NCBI GenBank assembly: GCA_046563655.1
Contig: CM102284.1
Span: forward strand, 6,386,001 to 6,450,000
DNA length: 64,000 nucleotides
Source of the DNA: Yuukianura sp. NJ FZ-2021
Taxonomy: Eukaryota
Reading direction: 5' to 3'
A model generated the notes under the pieces. It did no database searches. It was not told where the DNA came from and saw only the letters and a list, made by a program, of their open reading frames with translations. Below, piece by piece: positions 63,065-64,000 of the stretch. The translations under genes were made by a program, and so were the position numbers. Position 1 is the first letter of the stretch, and every line of letters begins with the position of its first letter.

Positions 63065-64000
63065 TCGTTTAGGTCACAACAATTACGAATTACAATTAGA
63101 AATTGCAACAATGATTAATACAAAATTAGCAGCAAAGACAAAACTTTTCTTTTGTTAGCACGTACAATCAATTTCTTTTTTCAAACAAAGTCGTTGAGAA
63201 GCTTGACCGTGAACGTCGATTCTGGAGCTGGAGCCATTTTGAGGCCAAAGCGAATGCAGTTTGACGACGATGACAATGCAAGGCTGGAAGGAAAGCAGTC
63301 CATGTCAAGAGGTTACTCTTTGCGGTAGAGATGACACACAAATTGGACACAAATGACGACAGACAGATGACAAAAGACAAAGACAAGACGATAAAGAAAG
63401 CACACGGAAAAGAAGGAAAGTGAGGTTGGTGGTGACAATCAAGGCATTTGGATAACTTTGGATTGATGAGAAGCTTAAAGGAAAATGCGACAAAGCGACC
63501 AAATTCCTCTGGTGTCCTCCAGCTCCGCTCCACCGACGTCGTCTGGACTGTGGTGGATTTTTGCCAACGTCTAGAGGCCTCCCTGCTTTCACCGTTATTG
63601 ATCCACCCAAAACGCCGCCACTCAATTCTGCACTACACCAAATACAGTGCAGATTTTCAAGAACTCTCGGCTGAACTCAAGCTTGAGTGAGTCAAAATAC
63701 TTTCGAAATTGTCTCCGTCCAAGTTAGGTTCGAAAGTAGTGGCGTCTTATACATGCTAATTTATAGTTGTGTCAATCAATGGAATTTTACAATTTCCATC
63801 ATTATGTTGGCGAGTTTTCCCTCTCTTTGTCAAAGTTTTAGCAAAATTTTGAACTTCTTTCGGATGTTGCATTTTAGAAAGTCCTCTCTGTAGAATGTTG
63901 GATTCATGTTCCATTGGTTGTGAGAAAGCAAGTGAAAGAAGTTAGTAGGGCACTGGGGTGCCAAGGGATTTTTGAAATCGTTTTTGGAAGCATTTCAGTT

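Noticed and set aside
63168-63893. Overlapping short ORFs on both strands at the window end
   Set aside because: Low-complexity sequence with no motifs; more likely the 5' UTR or promoter of the 63064 gene.

Overview
Gene-dense, AT-rich eukaryotic DNA with many short (mostly ~50-110 nt) spliceosomal introns. It is most likely from an arthropod; the OBP-like, NPC2 and Mp20-like genes point to a hexapod or close relative. About 23 multi-exon or single-exon protein genes could be assembled by hand: an LDLa-repeat secreted protein (partial), SPEF2-like, HYKK, ELP2, ATF2/7, TMLHE, PSMD4, NPC2-like, two OBP-like, WDR26, a tetraspanin-like gene, Mp20/calponin, RIC1, tafazzin, ZRSR2, BOLA3, SLC38A7, FAM194/ERICH6-like and several orphans. 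The strongest finding is a U12-type AT-AC intron nested inside a U2-type intron of ZRSR2, itself a minor-spliceosome factor. Using the inner intron shifts the frame to a premature stop, which suggests a feedback sensor of minor-spliceosome activity. Other highlights are a probable non-AUG N-terminal extension carrying an NLS on WDR26, a spliced and structured short-ORF locus followed by an inverted-repeat-bounded motif array, a ~1.9-kb noncoding duplication with block-wise conservation (one copy hit by a TAA-flanked MITE), and a structured intronic segment in HYKK. CDS spans include introns. Family calls come from recognised motifs, not from database searches.
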